DNA of 53,799 nt from Vulcanisaeta sp. AZ3 (GTDB lineage Archaea; Thermoproteota; Thermoprotei; Thermoproteales; Thermocladiaceae): assembly GCA_000960865.2 (NCBI GenBank), contig JZWU02000008.1:1-53799 (forward strand). The letters run 5' to 3'. Below, in pieces: positions 20,968-30,457 of the stretch; positions within the stretch are counted from its first letter, which is position 1; each line of letters starts with the position of its first letter. A model generated the notes under the pieces. It ran no database searches. It saw nothing but the letters and a program-made list of their open reading frames with translations, and was not told where the DNA came from. The position numbers and the translations under genes are program-made.

Positions 20968-21801
20968 ATGTCAGCAACAAGGCCAATGATCGAGGCGAGG
21001 GTTTATCACTTAATGGCTAGTCCTGGCGATATAGCACCATACGTACTAACGCCCGGTGATCCGGATAGAGTTCCAAGGATAGCTAAGTATTGGGATGAAG
21101 CAAGGCAAGTAGCTGTGCATAGGGAGTACGTAACATACACGGGTATGTACAAAGGAGCACCGATATCTGCGGTCTCCACAGGAATTGGCGGTCCAGCAGC
21201 TGCTATAGCAATCGAGGAATTATTAACTCTTGGCGCCAATACATTCATCAGAGTAGGTACTACCGGCGCGATTCAGGAATGGGTAAGAGTTGGTGATTTA
21301 GTAATAAATACAGGTGCCGTTAGGTTAGACGGCGCTAGTAATGCCTACGCCATGCCTGAATATCCAGCCATAGCTAGCTACGACGTTGTCTTAGCCCTAA
21401 TAACAGCCGCTGAGGAACTCGGCGTTAAGTACCATGTGGGTTTAGCAGCATCCACCGCAGACTTCTATGTTGGACAAGGAAGGCCCGGCTTTAACAATTA
21501 CTCGCCACCCTGGTCTAAAGACTTAATTAATACCTTATCCTCGATGAATGTGCTTAACTTTGAGATGGAGGCTGCGGCAATATACACGATAGCTAATGTC
21601 CACGGCGTGAGGGCTGGAGGCGTGATGGCGGTCATAGCAAATAGGAGAACTAATGAGTTTGTGCCAGATGCGGGTGTTGAGGATGCAATTAAGGTTGCTA
21701 ATGAGGCGGTTAAGATACTTCACGAATGGGATTCAATAAGGAGCAAGCTTGGCGTTAAGTATCTAACGATGAATGTGATAAAGCAATGGATGGTGAAGTA
21801 A
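20968..21801 (+). CDS. nucleoside (uridine) phosphorylase
   Basis: PGDPDR, HREY, STGIGGP, RVGTTG, FEME motifs. Confidence 0.92.
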   Translation: MSATRPMIEARVYHLMASPGDIAPYVLTPGDPDRVPRIAKYWDEARQVAVHREYVTYTGMYKGAPISAVSTGIGGPAAAIAIEELLTLGANTFIRVGTTGAIQEWVRVGDLVINTGAVRLDGASNAYAMPEYPAIASYDVVLALITAAEELGVKYHVGLAASTADFYVGQGRPGFNNYSPPWSKDLINTLSSMNVLNFEMEAAAIYTIANVHGVRAGGVMAVIANRRTNEFVPDAGVEDAIKVANEAVKILHEWDSIRSKLGVKYLTMNVIKQWMVK

Positions 21802-21809
21802 CTACATGA

Positions 21810-23231
21810 TTAAGTCCTTTCCCTAATTAATGATGTATAAACACCCACCAGGCTTAATACTGCTGAAACTAGGAGTATTAACCTTAAGCCATTAATGAAA
21901 TATACATGATAAATACTAGATGTGTTAGTAATAGCCCCCATAAATATACCCAATAACTCGCTCCTTGGTAAACTCTCCATAAGTAATGCACTTGCCACAG
22001 CAATACTAAGCAATTGCCCTGTGAACCTCATGGTGCCCAGAGTACCCGAGGCAACACCATACTTATCAGGAGGTGCTGAGCTCATGACAGAGTTTGTGTT
22101 TGGCGCTGAGAAGAAACCAAAACCAATACCTACGAGGACAAGCCCAAGGGCTATGTTTAATAAATGTTCTAAGCTAGTGACGTAGAGGTAGAGGAATGCC
22201 GCGCCTATTATGCCCATGCCAAATGCGGCTACAAATCTTGGTTCAAAACGATCTGAGAGCCAACCTGATACTGGAGATAGAATGACCATGAATATGGGCT
22301 CAGCAATAAGTACGATTCCCGCAATTAGAGGACTAACGTGAAGAATTGACTGGAGGTATATGGAAAATACGAACATTATTGAGAAAGTACTTATATAGTT
22401 CAAAAGTGCTGTTACGTTACCACCCACAAAGGACTTATTCTTAAAGAGCGATGGTGGTAATAAGGGGTTTCTAGACCGTATTTCATAAATAGCGAAGCTG
22501 ATTAAGAAGAGTATTGAGATTATTAATAATACGTATGAGAGATAACTAGGTAATACTAGGTACATTGTTAGGTAGATTGACAATGTAGTTAAACCAACTA
22601 GGTATAGTATTGAATCTATGAAACTTACTTTTGCTGATATACGTGTATGCTCTAGATTCCTCATGGAGATAAATGAAATTACTAGACCTATGAATGCCAT
22701 AAGAATTGTAATAAGAAACACAGCCCTCCAGCCGAGAAACTCCACTATAACACCGCCTAGGAACGGTGCAGAGGTCAGGCCCAGATAGACAGACATTGCA
22801 TTAATACCAAGTGCAGATCCCCTCTCACCAACTGGGAAGACCTGGCTTACGATTGCTGTTGATAATGGTGAGAGTATTGAGGAACCAAAGCCCATGGCTA
22901 TGGAGAAAGCTATTAGAGAATATATGTTCCAGGAAAGAATGGCTAAAATGCCGAATACAACAAATATTACGAAGCCAACCCTAAAGAACCAAACTCTACC
23001 ATAAATATCAGATAACCTACTAAGCAGAAGCATTATAGAAGCCAATGGTATTAAATAACCCAATGGAGCCCACACTACCTCGGTGAGACTTGCCGAGAAG
23101 ACCTTACCAATGATTGGCGATATGAACGATATCACAGCTGAGGTAAAGGGAGTCAGAAATGCTGCTATTGACGTAGTTGTTATCACGAGAGCCTTCTCCC
23201 GAGTCCACTTAACCATACATTGCACCATCAC
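21810..23231 (-). CDS. MFS transporter, DHA2/14-TM type
   Basis: RLSDIYGR, ERGSALG, GGVIVEFLGWR motifs. Confidence 0.9.
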   Translation of the reverse strand: MMVQCMVKWTREKALVITTTSIAAFLTPFTSAVISFISPIIGKVFSASLTEVVWAPLGYLIPLASIMLLLSRLSDIYGRVWFFRVGFVIFVVFGILAILSWNIYSLIAFSIAMGFGSSILSPLSTAIVSQVFPVGERGSALGINAMSVYLGLTSAPFLGGVIVEFLGWRAVFLITILMAFIGLVISFISMRNLEHTRISAKVSFIDSILYLVGLTTLSIYLTMYLVLPSYLSYVLLIISILFLISFAIYEIRSRNPLLPPSLFKNKSFVGGNVTALLNYISTFSIMFVFSIYLQSILHVSPLIAGIVLIAEPIFMVILSPVSGWLSDRFEPRFVAAFGMGIIGAAFLYLYVTSLEHLLNIALGLVLVGIGFGFFSAPNTNSVMSSAPPDKYGVASGTLGTMRFTGQLLSIAVASALLMESLPRSELLGIFMGAITNTSSIYHVYFINGLRLILLVSAVLSLVGVYTSLIRERT

Positions 23232-23260
23232 TTAAGCCTTGCAAATAAGTCTTGCCATAC

Positions 23261-23917
23261 CTAAGACTTATTATCACGTGAGTACCTCATCTTCACGAAG
23301 GACACGTTGACCACAGGCCTCATCCTAGGTTTACCGTCCTCCTTAGTAACGACATAGAGAACCTGCACGAACCTCTCATCAATTGGTATAACCATTATAC
23401 CATCAGGACTTAACTGCTCAAGCAACTTAGGCGGTATCTCAGGGGCTGCCGCAGTGACTAATATCCTATCGAAGGGTGAATACCTAGGTAACCCTCTAGA
23501 TCCATCACCAATGAATACGTGAACAACATCTAAGTAATTAAACTTAGCTAGATTTTGAGCGGCATACAAGGCAAGTCCTGGGTAATACTCAACTGTGTAT
23601 ATTGACCCCTGCCTCTCCATGGCCTCCGCACACACAGCTGCATGGTAACCAGTGCCCGTCCCAACCTCAAGCAACCGAAGACCTGGCCTCAATTCTAGTA
23701 ATTCACACATCATAGCCACCATATGAGGCGCACTTATGGTCTGCTCATACATTATTTGTAATGGCGTATCTTCGTAGGCATAAAGCCTTAAGTAACCCGG
23801 TAGAAACTCCTCCCGTGGTACCCTCAACATTGCCATCTCAACTCTTTCACTCTTAATGATACCCTCATCCTTAAGACCACTCACTAATCTTCTCCTGGCT
23901 GATTCGAAATCAATCAT
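23261..23917 (-). CDS. pcm: protein-L-isoaspartate O-methyltransferase
   Basis: [31 protein letters not shown]. Confidence 0.95.
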   Translation of the reverse strand: MIDFESARRRLVSGLKDEGIIKSERVEMAMLRVPREEFLPGYLRLYAYEDTPLQIMYEQTISAPHMVAMMCELLELRPGLRLLEVGTGTGYHAAVCAEAMERQGSIYTVEYYPGLALYAAQNLAKFNYLDVVHVFIGDGSRGLPRYSPFDRILVTAAAPEIPPKLLEQLSPDGIMVIPIDERFVQVLYVVTKEDGKPRMRPVVNVSFVKMRYSRDNKS

Positions 23918-23960
23918 TAATACCTACACAACCATTACAGTATAAGAATTATTTAATCAT

Positions 23961-24386
23961 TTACCCAAGGATTTCCCTACCACCAACATCTAAATCCCTA
24001 GACATTACAATACTAAACCTCTTAAACCTAAGCCTTAGTCTAACACCCTCTAAAACATCTAGGGAGAAAGAATCATCAACAGCGCCATTCAAAGGCTCGA
24101 CCGTAAGCGTTAAAGCCCAACCGTTATACGACTCAAGCATGTCACGTTCAATATAGAAGGGCACACCATAAACCCTAGCAACCTCAACATAATCATTACC
24201 CACGAAGAAATCACTAGCCCTATAGATCTCAGGCTCTGTTGGTGAACAGCATCCGTGACCAAGAATTATTATTATCTCACCATACCTCTTCTTCAAGACC
24301 TTCAATAATTCTTTAACATCATCGCCATACTCAATACTTACATTCGGCACATTTAAGTTGCTATACAAAATCCCTAAAAAGTTCAT
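23961..24386 (-). CDS. DUF779/HesB-like small protein; start uncertain
   Basis: LK..YG.III..GHGCC...P, GVPFYI and SFSLD..EG.R. Confidence 0.65.
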   Translation of the reverse strand: MNFLGILYSNLNVPNVSIEYGDDVKELLKVLKKRYGEIIIILGHGCCSPTEPEIYRASDFFVGNDYVEVARVYGVPFYIERDMLESYNGWALTLTVEPLNGAVDDSFSLDVLEGVRLRLRFKRFSIVMSRDLDVGGREILG

Positions 24387-24749
24387 CTATAATAATTACC
24401 CATTATCTATGAATCATTATTTCAAAAATAATAAATGGCTCCTAGTAAACTTTCATTATTATTTAAAAACATAGCTTATTAATAAGCATCGTAATGCATC
24501 AATAAGCTTCATCTTACTGCTCAATGCATTCATATACGGTGAATGTATACCTTACGAGATTGAATACCCTCCTTCTATGAAGGGCTTAACCTTAAATATG
24601 CATTTCCAATGCATTATTTGCCATAGGATATACTAATTATCATTAACTATGATATTCTAACATTAATGAGAATTCTACTTTAATTCAATGTTTATAATAT
24701 GTGAATATATTGTTTTACCTATATTAATTTAGGAACCATTAGGTTAATA

Positions 24750-25082
24750 TTATTGATTGCTAAAATCACAATTAACAATATTCTCTCCAGATGAGGTATA
24801 GTAATTAAATAAAGTGTCCGCTGGGTTTTTTGAAACTATTATCATGATTTCCTTACTCTCATTATCCATAGTTATTAGGAAATGAATTAGCACATCATCC
24901 AAATCCCTATATACCTTAGCGCTTACTTTCCCGTGTTGTGCTGAAGGAACGTTACCTAAGACATAATTCATTAATGGCTTTATACCATCACAACCTCCAC
25001 CTGCCATAATCAGGACTTGGTTTGGGTTTAGATCATCAGCGCGCCTATAATTATTATCTTGATAGATCCAAACTAATGACAT
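24750..25082 (-). CDS. hypothetical protein
   Basis: 110 aa ORF, co-oriented downstream of 25122-26042. Confidence 0.6.
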   Translation of the reverse strand: MSLVWIYQDNNYRRADDLNPNQVLIMAGGGCDGIKPLMNYVLGNVPSAQHGKVSAKVYRDLDDVLIHFLITMDNESKEIMIIVSKNPADTLFNYYTSSGENIVNCDFSNQ

Positions 25083-25121
25083 TAAACAGCAATTTACATG
25101 CCTACTTTAATTGCTTTACTA

Positions 25122-26042
25122 TTACCGAGCGTTAATCATGTATTTAATAGCTGCATTAATCATTAACCTCCTATTGGCAATGCTCTGAGACTTCTCGATT
25201 ATGGAGTTCCGCCGAGGCCACTTTAGAAATATTATGTAATCCAACTCTGAAGGCACAATTGCGAAGCCTGCGTCCCTTACGTAGGGCTTATTCACAATCT
25301 TGTTGAAGGTCTCTACGTGAACCTCATAATACGAGTACCTATGCACTAACACTGCGTAGTCAATGCCGTCTATTAGGTAATGCTCCACTGCTGATATACC
25401 CCTATGCACAGTCTTGCTTGGGTCTATTATCTTATGGGCTATGGGCGATCCCTCCTCGGTTACTACAAGTACATCTACAGTGCTTCTGAAGAGTATTGGA
25501 TTTATGAAGCCGAGGGATTTGATGTTTAAATCGATGTGCACGATCTTACCGCCTAGGTAATGGCCAAGGCTTTTAATGGCGTGTGCAAGGAGTCTCGGTA
25601 TGTCATCAATGGGTTCCTCAATTAATTCCTTTGATGGGGGTACTTTCATGACCATGGGACTTGGGTATATGCCATCATCAAGCGAGGGTTCTTCGTTAGG
25701 GCATATGGGGCTTAAATCCGTGATATCAGGCCACTGCATCATGAAGGGCACATTCACATACCCATTACTACTCATATTAGCGATACCATTATTTAGTAAT
25801 TCATGGATTATTGAATCAACCTCTGAGGACCAATCAGTTAGGGTTATCGTACCCATTGGATCAACAAATGCCTTAACACCCTCAATGAAGCCTAGCCGAA
25901 CCCAACGGCAAAGTACTGCCTTGGTGCTCTCGTTTAATGTCGATATTTTATTAATGATTTTGAGAATGGAGACCTCATTATCGTATTGAGTACTTAATTT
26001 ATGAGTCTCCTTTATCAATTTACCTACTTTGTCAAACGACAT
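25122..26042 (-). CDS. hypothetical protein with a C-terminal degenerate restriction-endonuclease-like fold
   Basis: VDVLVV...IAHKII...GISAVEHYL..GIDYAVLVH...GFAIV pattern. Confidence 0.6.
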   Translation of the reverse strand: MSFDKVGKLIKETHKLSTQYDNEVSILKIINKISTLNESTKAVLCRWVRLGFIEGVKAFVDPMGTITLTDWSSEVDSIIHELLNNGIANMSSNGYVNVPFMMQWPDITDLSPICPNEEPSLDDGIYPSPMVMKVPPSKELIEEPIDDIPRLLAHAIKSLGHYLGGKIVHIDLNIKSLGFINPILFRSTVDVLVVTEEGSPIAHKIIDPSKTVHRGISAVEHYLIDGIDYAVLVHRYSYYEVHVETFNKIVNKPYVRDAGFAIVPSELDYIIFLKWPRRNSIIEKSQSIANRRLMINAAIKYMINAR

Positions 26043-26097
26043 ATCGAACCGTGAAGCACTGAAGAGCTAATAAACCTTTCCCTAAATATTATGTGAA

Positions 26098-26146
26098 GTG
26101 ATGAGGGCTAACTGGATGATTAGATGATTAATTATGAGCCAACTGA
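26098..26146 (+). ncRNA. box C/D methylation-guide sRNA
   Basis: C box GTGATGA 26098-26104, 11-nt guide, D' ATGA 26116-26119, C' ATGATTA 26124-26130, 12-nt guide, D box CTGA 26143-26146; CTAATAAA box about 25 nt upstream. Confidence 0.85.
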
Positions 26147-26204
26147 ACAGGCGTAATTATTTTAATGCACAGAATCCTAATAAATAGGATATAAATCCTA
26201 TCTT

Positions 26205-27026
26205 GTGCTCCTCACTAAGGAACTTAATGGTGTGCCTAGGAGGATTGTTAGTCTAAATCCATCAATATCTGAGTACATATACGTGCTGGGTGCAGGCAAT
26301 AGGATCGTGGGTACTGATACTTGGTCCTATAGACCAAAGGAGGCTATGAAGACTATAAAGATTGGTAGTTTCACGAAGGCTGACGCAGACGTCATAAGGA
26401 GGTTAGAACCGGACCTAATAATATTAGCATATCCAGTTCAGAAGCATTTAGTGGATTTATTGAAGGACATAGCTCCGGTCCTAGCCATACCAATGCCAGT
26501 GAATCTAAGTGCCGTAGTCTCTGCCTTCGAGATGGTGGGTAACCTGTTAGACATGGATGAGGAGGCCTCGAGAGTAATTGGTACCTACATGGACCTACTT
26601 AGGGAGTCTGTGGATATTGAGGGAGTGCTTGCAGTTCTTTCTCTAGGTGATTATGAGGTGCCTTGTGAATCGTCTTTTATGGCATCAGTACTTAATAGGG
26701 TTGGTCTTAGGTATGTTAGGGGTTTGAAGTGTATTGGAATTATAACGGATAGGGATGGTGTGAGGAGAATCATTGATAAGTTTAATCCGCACCTAGTGAT
26801 TTATGAGAGTAAAATCAAGACCTATAGACCGCAGGAATTCAATGTGGTGGGTAAAACAGTGATATATACGCCCAACGATACACTAGCTCACTATGGGCCT
26901 AGCCTACCCCTCGATATAAATCTGCTCATAAGAACCATAAGGAATGGAGAGAAGTTCGTAAATGATACGTCAAGTATAATAAGGCCTAGTCTCGCGGATC
27001 CTTGGTATAAACCCTATATTAAGTGA
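26205..27026 (+). CDS. helical-backbone metal receptor (BtuF-like) protein with no obvious signal peptide
   Basis: PRRIVSLNPSISE...G...RIVG.D, L.PDLII, HYGP. Confidence 0.85.
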   Translation: MLLTKELNGVPRRIVSLNPSISEYIYVLGAGNRIVGTDTWSYRPKEAMKTIKIGSFTKADADVIRRLEPDLIILAYPVQKHLVDLLKDIAPVLAIPMPVNLSAVVSAFEMVGNLLDMDEEASRVIGTYMDLLRESVDIEGVLAVLSLGDYEVPCESSFMASVLNRVGLRYVRGLKCIGIITDRDGVRRIIDKFNPHLVIYESKIKTYRPQEFNVVGKTVIYTPNDTLAHYGPSLPLDINLLIRTIRNGEKFVNDTSSIIRPSLADPWYKPYIK

Positions 27027-27037
27027 GTTGTTGCTTC

Positions 27038-27418
27038 TTACCTTGGATGCTTTGGTCTAACGTAGTTCTTCCAAGCCTCGCTGGCTACTTTTTTGCCAAG
27101 TTTAGTTAAGTCGTAGTAGACCCCCCTACCTCTTCTCTCGGGATTTCTCTGCTTAACCTTTAGCCATGGCTTTACAGAGCTCGTAACCCTACCCTTTAAT
27201 GAACCCTTAAACTCTTGCAATAGACCGAGCTCAACCAAGTGCTTTACAGCCTTTTCTACTTCATTCTCAGGAACCGTAGGCCTCCAACCAGCTGCTCCAA
27301 GTAATCGTCTTGCAAGTAACCATGGTGTGTCTGGACCGTAATGGTAAATGTGTGCTAATATCTTTATTTCGAGTTCACTTAATTGATTAATTATTGATGA
27401 GACATCGCCGCTATTCAT
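27038..27418 (-). CDS. winged-helix protein, DUF2250-like
   Basis: LELKILAHI...GPD...LLARRL...L.ELGLL...YYDLTKLGK; ATG 27418 lies at leaderless spacing from a TATA box. Confidence 0.7.
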   Translation of the reverse strand: MNSGDVSSIINQLSELEIKILAHIYHYGPDTPWLLARRLLGAAGWRPTVPENEVEKAVKHLVELGLLQEFKGSLKGRVTSSVKPWLKVKQRNPERRGRGVYYDLTKLGKKVASEAWKNYVRPKHPR

Positions 27419-27442
27419 TTCGTTTAATTTGAGGCCTATTAA

Positions 27443-27499
27443 ATTCTTTAAATTTTTCGCAGTTTCTAGTTCATTTTTCTGTTTATTCTTTAAATTTTT
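27443..27499 (-). repeat. 15-bp direct repeat, AAAAATTTAAAGAAT on the minus strand
   Basis: ATTCTTTAAATTTTT at 27443-27457 and 27485-27499. Confidence 0.8.
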
Positions 27500-28682
27500 T
27501 CCAAGTTCCCTTAATAACCCACACAGGTTCTTCTTCGTGGAATGGTTCCATACCCTCAAATTTCATTTCTGTGAGTAATTTCTCATTAACGGTAACTCCA
27601 AGGCCTGGCTTATTGGGCACCTTATAATAGCCATCCTCTAGCCTAAAGGCGTCATTCACAATATCCCTCTTCCACTGAGGCCAGAATTCATAGAAACTCT
27701 CTTGAATGAGTAAGTTATATGTGGATGCATCGAATTGGAGTGTTGCCGCATGTTGAATGGGACCGAAGGCATTGTGTGGAGCAAGCTCCACGCCAAAGGC
27801 TTCGGTTAGGGTTCTGATCCTAGTCATACCCGTGAATCCCAAGGCATTTGTTATGTCGGGTTGTAGCACATCCACAAGCCCTTTATCCAATAATTGAAGC
27901 GCCTCCTCAACACTAATAATCCTCTCACCAACCGCAATCCTAACCCCAGGGACTGCCATTTTTATCTTAGCTAATCCCTCGAAGTTTAGGTCCGGATGGA
28001 CTGGTTCCTCAATGAATAATGGGTCAAATTGCTCCATGGCCTTAACCATCCTAATGGCTGTATTCACGTTAAACCTACCATGCGTCTCCACTAAGATATC
28101 TACATCCTTACCCACAGCCTCCCTAACAGCCCTAACCCTCTCCACAGCCTCTTCAAGTCCCTCCTCATCCATTTGATCAAAGTATGGGCCAAATGGATCA
28201 AACTTCAAGGCCTTAAACCCCATACTCACCACCTCCTTAGCCCTCTTGGCAAAGTCATCTGGTGTTACGCAATCGCTATACCAACCGTTGGCGTATGCCT
28301 TAACCTTATCATTGACAAGTCCACCCACTAATTGATGAATCGGCACACCTAAGTACTTACCAAGTAGGTCATGCAATGCTATGTCTACGGCACTATACGC
28401 CGTGGCAGACTCGAAGGATCTACTTATGTAAAAATCATGCTTATACCACTCCCTGTATAACCACTCAATCCTGAAAGGATCCTTACCAATAACAAGCCTC
28501 CTAACCTCCTCAATAGCCCTAATTACAGGGTTAACCCTCAATGTTGGTACGGCCTCCCCATAACCAACCTGCCCATCATTCGTTATAATTCTAACAATTA
28601 TGGAGACCGAAGCCCAAGGCGATGCCTTAGCCGTAGCCAAATCACTAACTGGATAAATCTCAACATCCCTTATTACCGGCAC
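27483..28682 (-). CDS. gad: gluconate/galactonate dehydratase (enolase superfamily)
   Basis: GYGEAVPTLR, DFY..RSFESATA, YANGWY, KFDPF, ETHGRF, EEP, GER, PHN. Confidence 0.85.
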   Translation of the reverse strand: MPVIRDVEIYPVSDLATAKASPWASVSIIVRIITNDGQVGYGEAVPTLRVNPVIRAIEEVRRLVIGKDPFRIEWLYREWYKHDFYISRSFESATAYSAVDIALHDLLGKYLGVPIHQLVGGLVNDKVKAYANGWYSDCVTPDDFAKRAKEVVSMGFKALKFDPFGPYFDQMDEEGLEEAVERVRAVREAVGKDVDILVETHGRFNVNTAIRMVKAMEQFDPLFIEEPVHPDLNFEGLAKIKMAVPGVRIAVGERIISVEEALQLLDKGLVDVLQPDITNALGFTGMTRIRTLTEAFGVELAPHNAFGPIQHAATLQFDASTYNLLIQESFYEFWPQWKRDIVNDAFRLEDGYYKVPNKPGLGVTVNEKLLTEMKFEGMEPFHEEEPVWVIKGTWKKFKE

Positions 28683-28758
28683 ACGTAATGACCATTTGAA
28701 TGATTTATAAGTTTATGCACCAAGGAGTTACGTTTAAATATGGCGATGAAGAAGAAAG

Positions 28759-30204
28759 TTGTTGATGAATAGGGTACAAGTAATCGTGCTAGTATTATTA
28801 ACATTATCTTCTCTCATGGTTGCTCTGGACAGCACAATAGTTGTACTGGCACTACCTGTAATGCTAACGGCACTCCACACAGACCTAGCAACACTCATTT
28901 GGGTGATATTGATTTACATACTCTCAGTAACAATATTCTCAACACAGTTAGGTAAGCTTGGCGATATTAGGGGTAGGGCTAAGATTTTCAATATTGGGAT
29001 GATACTATTTGGCGTAGGGAGTGCCTTGTGTGGCTTGTCTATGAATGCCATCGAATTAATAGGCTTTAGGGTGATTCAAGCCCTCGGTGGTTCATTAATG
29101 ACGAGCAATACCATGGCAATAGCCAGCGATTATTTCCAACCAACTGAGAGAGGCTTCGTGTTTGGCACAACATCTATGGGTTGGAACCTGGGTGCCGTGG
29201 CTGGTATATTGGCTGGTGGTGTTATAACCACGTTAATCGGTTGGAGGTGGATATTCTATGTAAATGTGCCAATAGCCATATTCGGCTTCATAATGGGCTT
29301 AATCTATCTTAGGGATAGGGGTGTTAGGGTTAAGCAGGGCTTTGACGTGCTTGGTGCAATCACCCTAGGCCTATCCCTAGGTCTCTACTCCATGGCTGGT
29401 ATAATATATGCTGGAGTTGGATATGAAACTACCGTAGGCTTAATGCTACTGATAGGCACAGTATTACTCGCGGCCTTCCTATACATCGAGTCAAGGACCA
29501 AGTACCCATTGATTAGTCTTAGACTCTTCAAAATTAGAATGTTCACATTATCAAGCTTATCCTTCTTTTTTCAGTACATGGCGAATTATGCAATACTATT
29601 CCTACTAATTATGTATTTACAAGGGGTTAGAGGATTGAACCCCTTCGAGGCATCCTTATGGTTGGTTCCAGGATATCTCCTAGGTTCATTATCGGCCACT
29701 CTAGGTGGTAGGTTGGCGGATAGGCTTGATGCTAGGATCGTCGCTTCAATAGGCTTAATGATGCAGGCAATAGCCTACGTATTATACGACACACTACTAA
29801 CATTAACAACACCACTGTACTATATAGTAATAATAGCATCGATAAGCGGTGTTGGGGCTGCCATGTTCTTTGCCGCCAATGGTAAAATGGTTATGTTTGA
29901 GGTTCCCGGTAATATGTACGGCATTGCCTCAGGGACTAATAGAACCATTGGTAATATAGGTATGCTACTTAGCTTCATAATAGCCATAGTAGTATCCTCA
30001 GCCGCCATACCTAGGAATATAGCATTTCAAATATTCGTTGGAACCTCAGTACTAACAGCAAACTTAATGGCACCCTTCATAAACAGCCTACACATGGCCT
30101 TCAGAACATCATTAGCCCTAATAGCAGTGGCCATAGTAACATCGTGGAGCAGAGTGAGAGTACCCATGACACAACAGAGGAGGAATATCATAAGTGATAA
30201 TTAA
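28759..30204 (+). CDS. MFS transporter, DHA2/EmrB type
   Basis: LDSTIV..ALP, GKLGDIRGR, R.IQALGG, GWRWIF.VNVP. Confidence 0.92.
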   Translation: MLMNRVQVIVLVLLTLSSLMVALDSTIVVLALPVMLTALHTDLATLIWVILIYILSVTIFSTQLGKLGDIRGRAKIFNIGMILFGVGSALCGLSMNAIELIGFRVIQALGGSLMTSNTMAIASDYFQPTERGFVFGTTSMGWNLGAVAGILAGGVITTLIGWRWIFYVNVPIAIFGFIMGLIYLRDRGVRVKQGFDVLGAITLGLSLGLYSMAGIIYAGVGYETTVGLMLLIGTVLLAAFLYIESRTKYPLISLRLFKIRMFTLSSLSFFFQYMANYAILFLLIMYLQGVRGLNPFEASLWLVPGYLLGSLSATLGGRLADRLDARIVASIGLMMQAIAYVLYDTLLTLTTPLYYIVIIASISGVGAAMFFAANGKMVMFEVPGNMYGIASGTNRTIGNIGMLLSFIIAIVVSSAAIPRNIAFQIFVGTSVLTANLMAPFINSLHMAFRTSLALIAVAIVTSWSRVRVPMTQQRRNIISDN

Positions 30205-30315
30205 CAATACCGCATCTACTCAAATGAGGACCTCAATTAATGTTTATCCTTCAATATGGTAATGAGTTACCCATCTGCTTAATGGTGTTATTAATTATTG
30301 GAACGAGGATCACTA

Positions 30316-30414
30316 TGGAGCCCCGGCCGGGATTCGAACCCGGGACCTCCCGCTTACGAGGCGTACACGGGGCGTTTGCCCCTGGGCGCTCCGACCAGGC
30401 TGAGCTACCGGGGC
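30316..30414 (-). tRNA. tRNA-Thr(CGT) with a 21-nt intron at 29/30 (30363-30383), CCA encoded
   Basis: GCCCCGG/CCGGGGC acceptor stem, U73, GGTTCGAATCC; after splicing CCCGC-CT-CGT-AA-GCGGG. Confidence 0.93.
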
Positions 30415-30457
30415 GTAGCACCAATGGCAACCTAAGTTTTAAGGTTTTGTTGGTGCC

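Noticed and set aside
27419-27559. N-terminal extension of ORF 27038-27559
   Set aside because: Overlaps gad and is low-complexity promoter sequence; ATG 27418 fits better.
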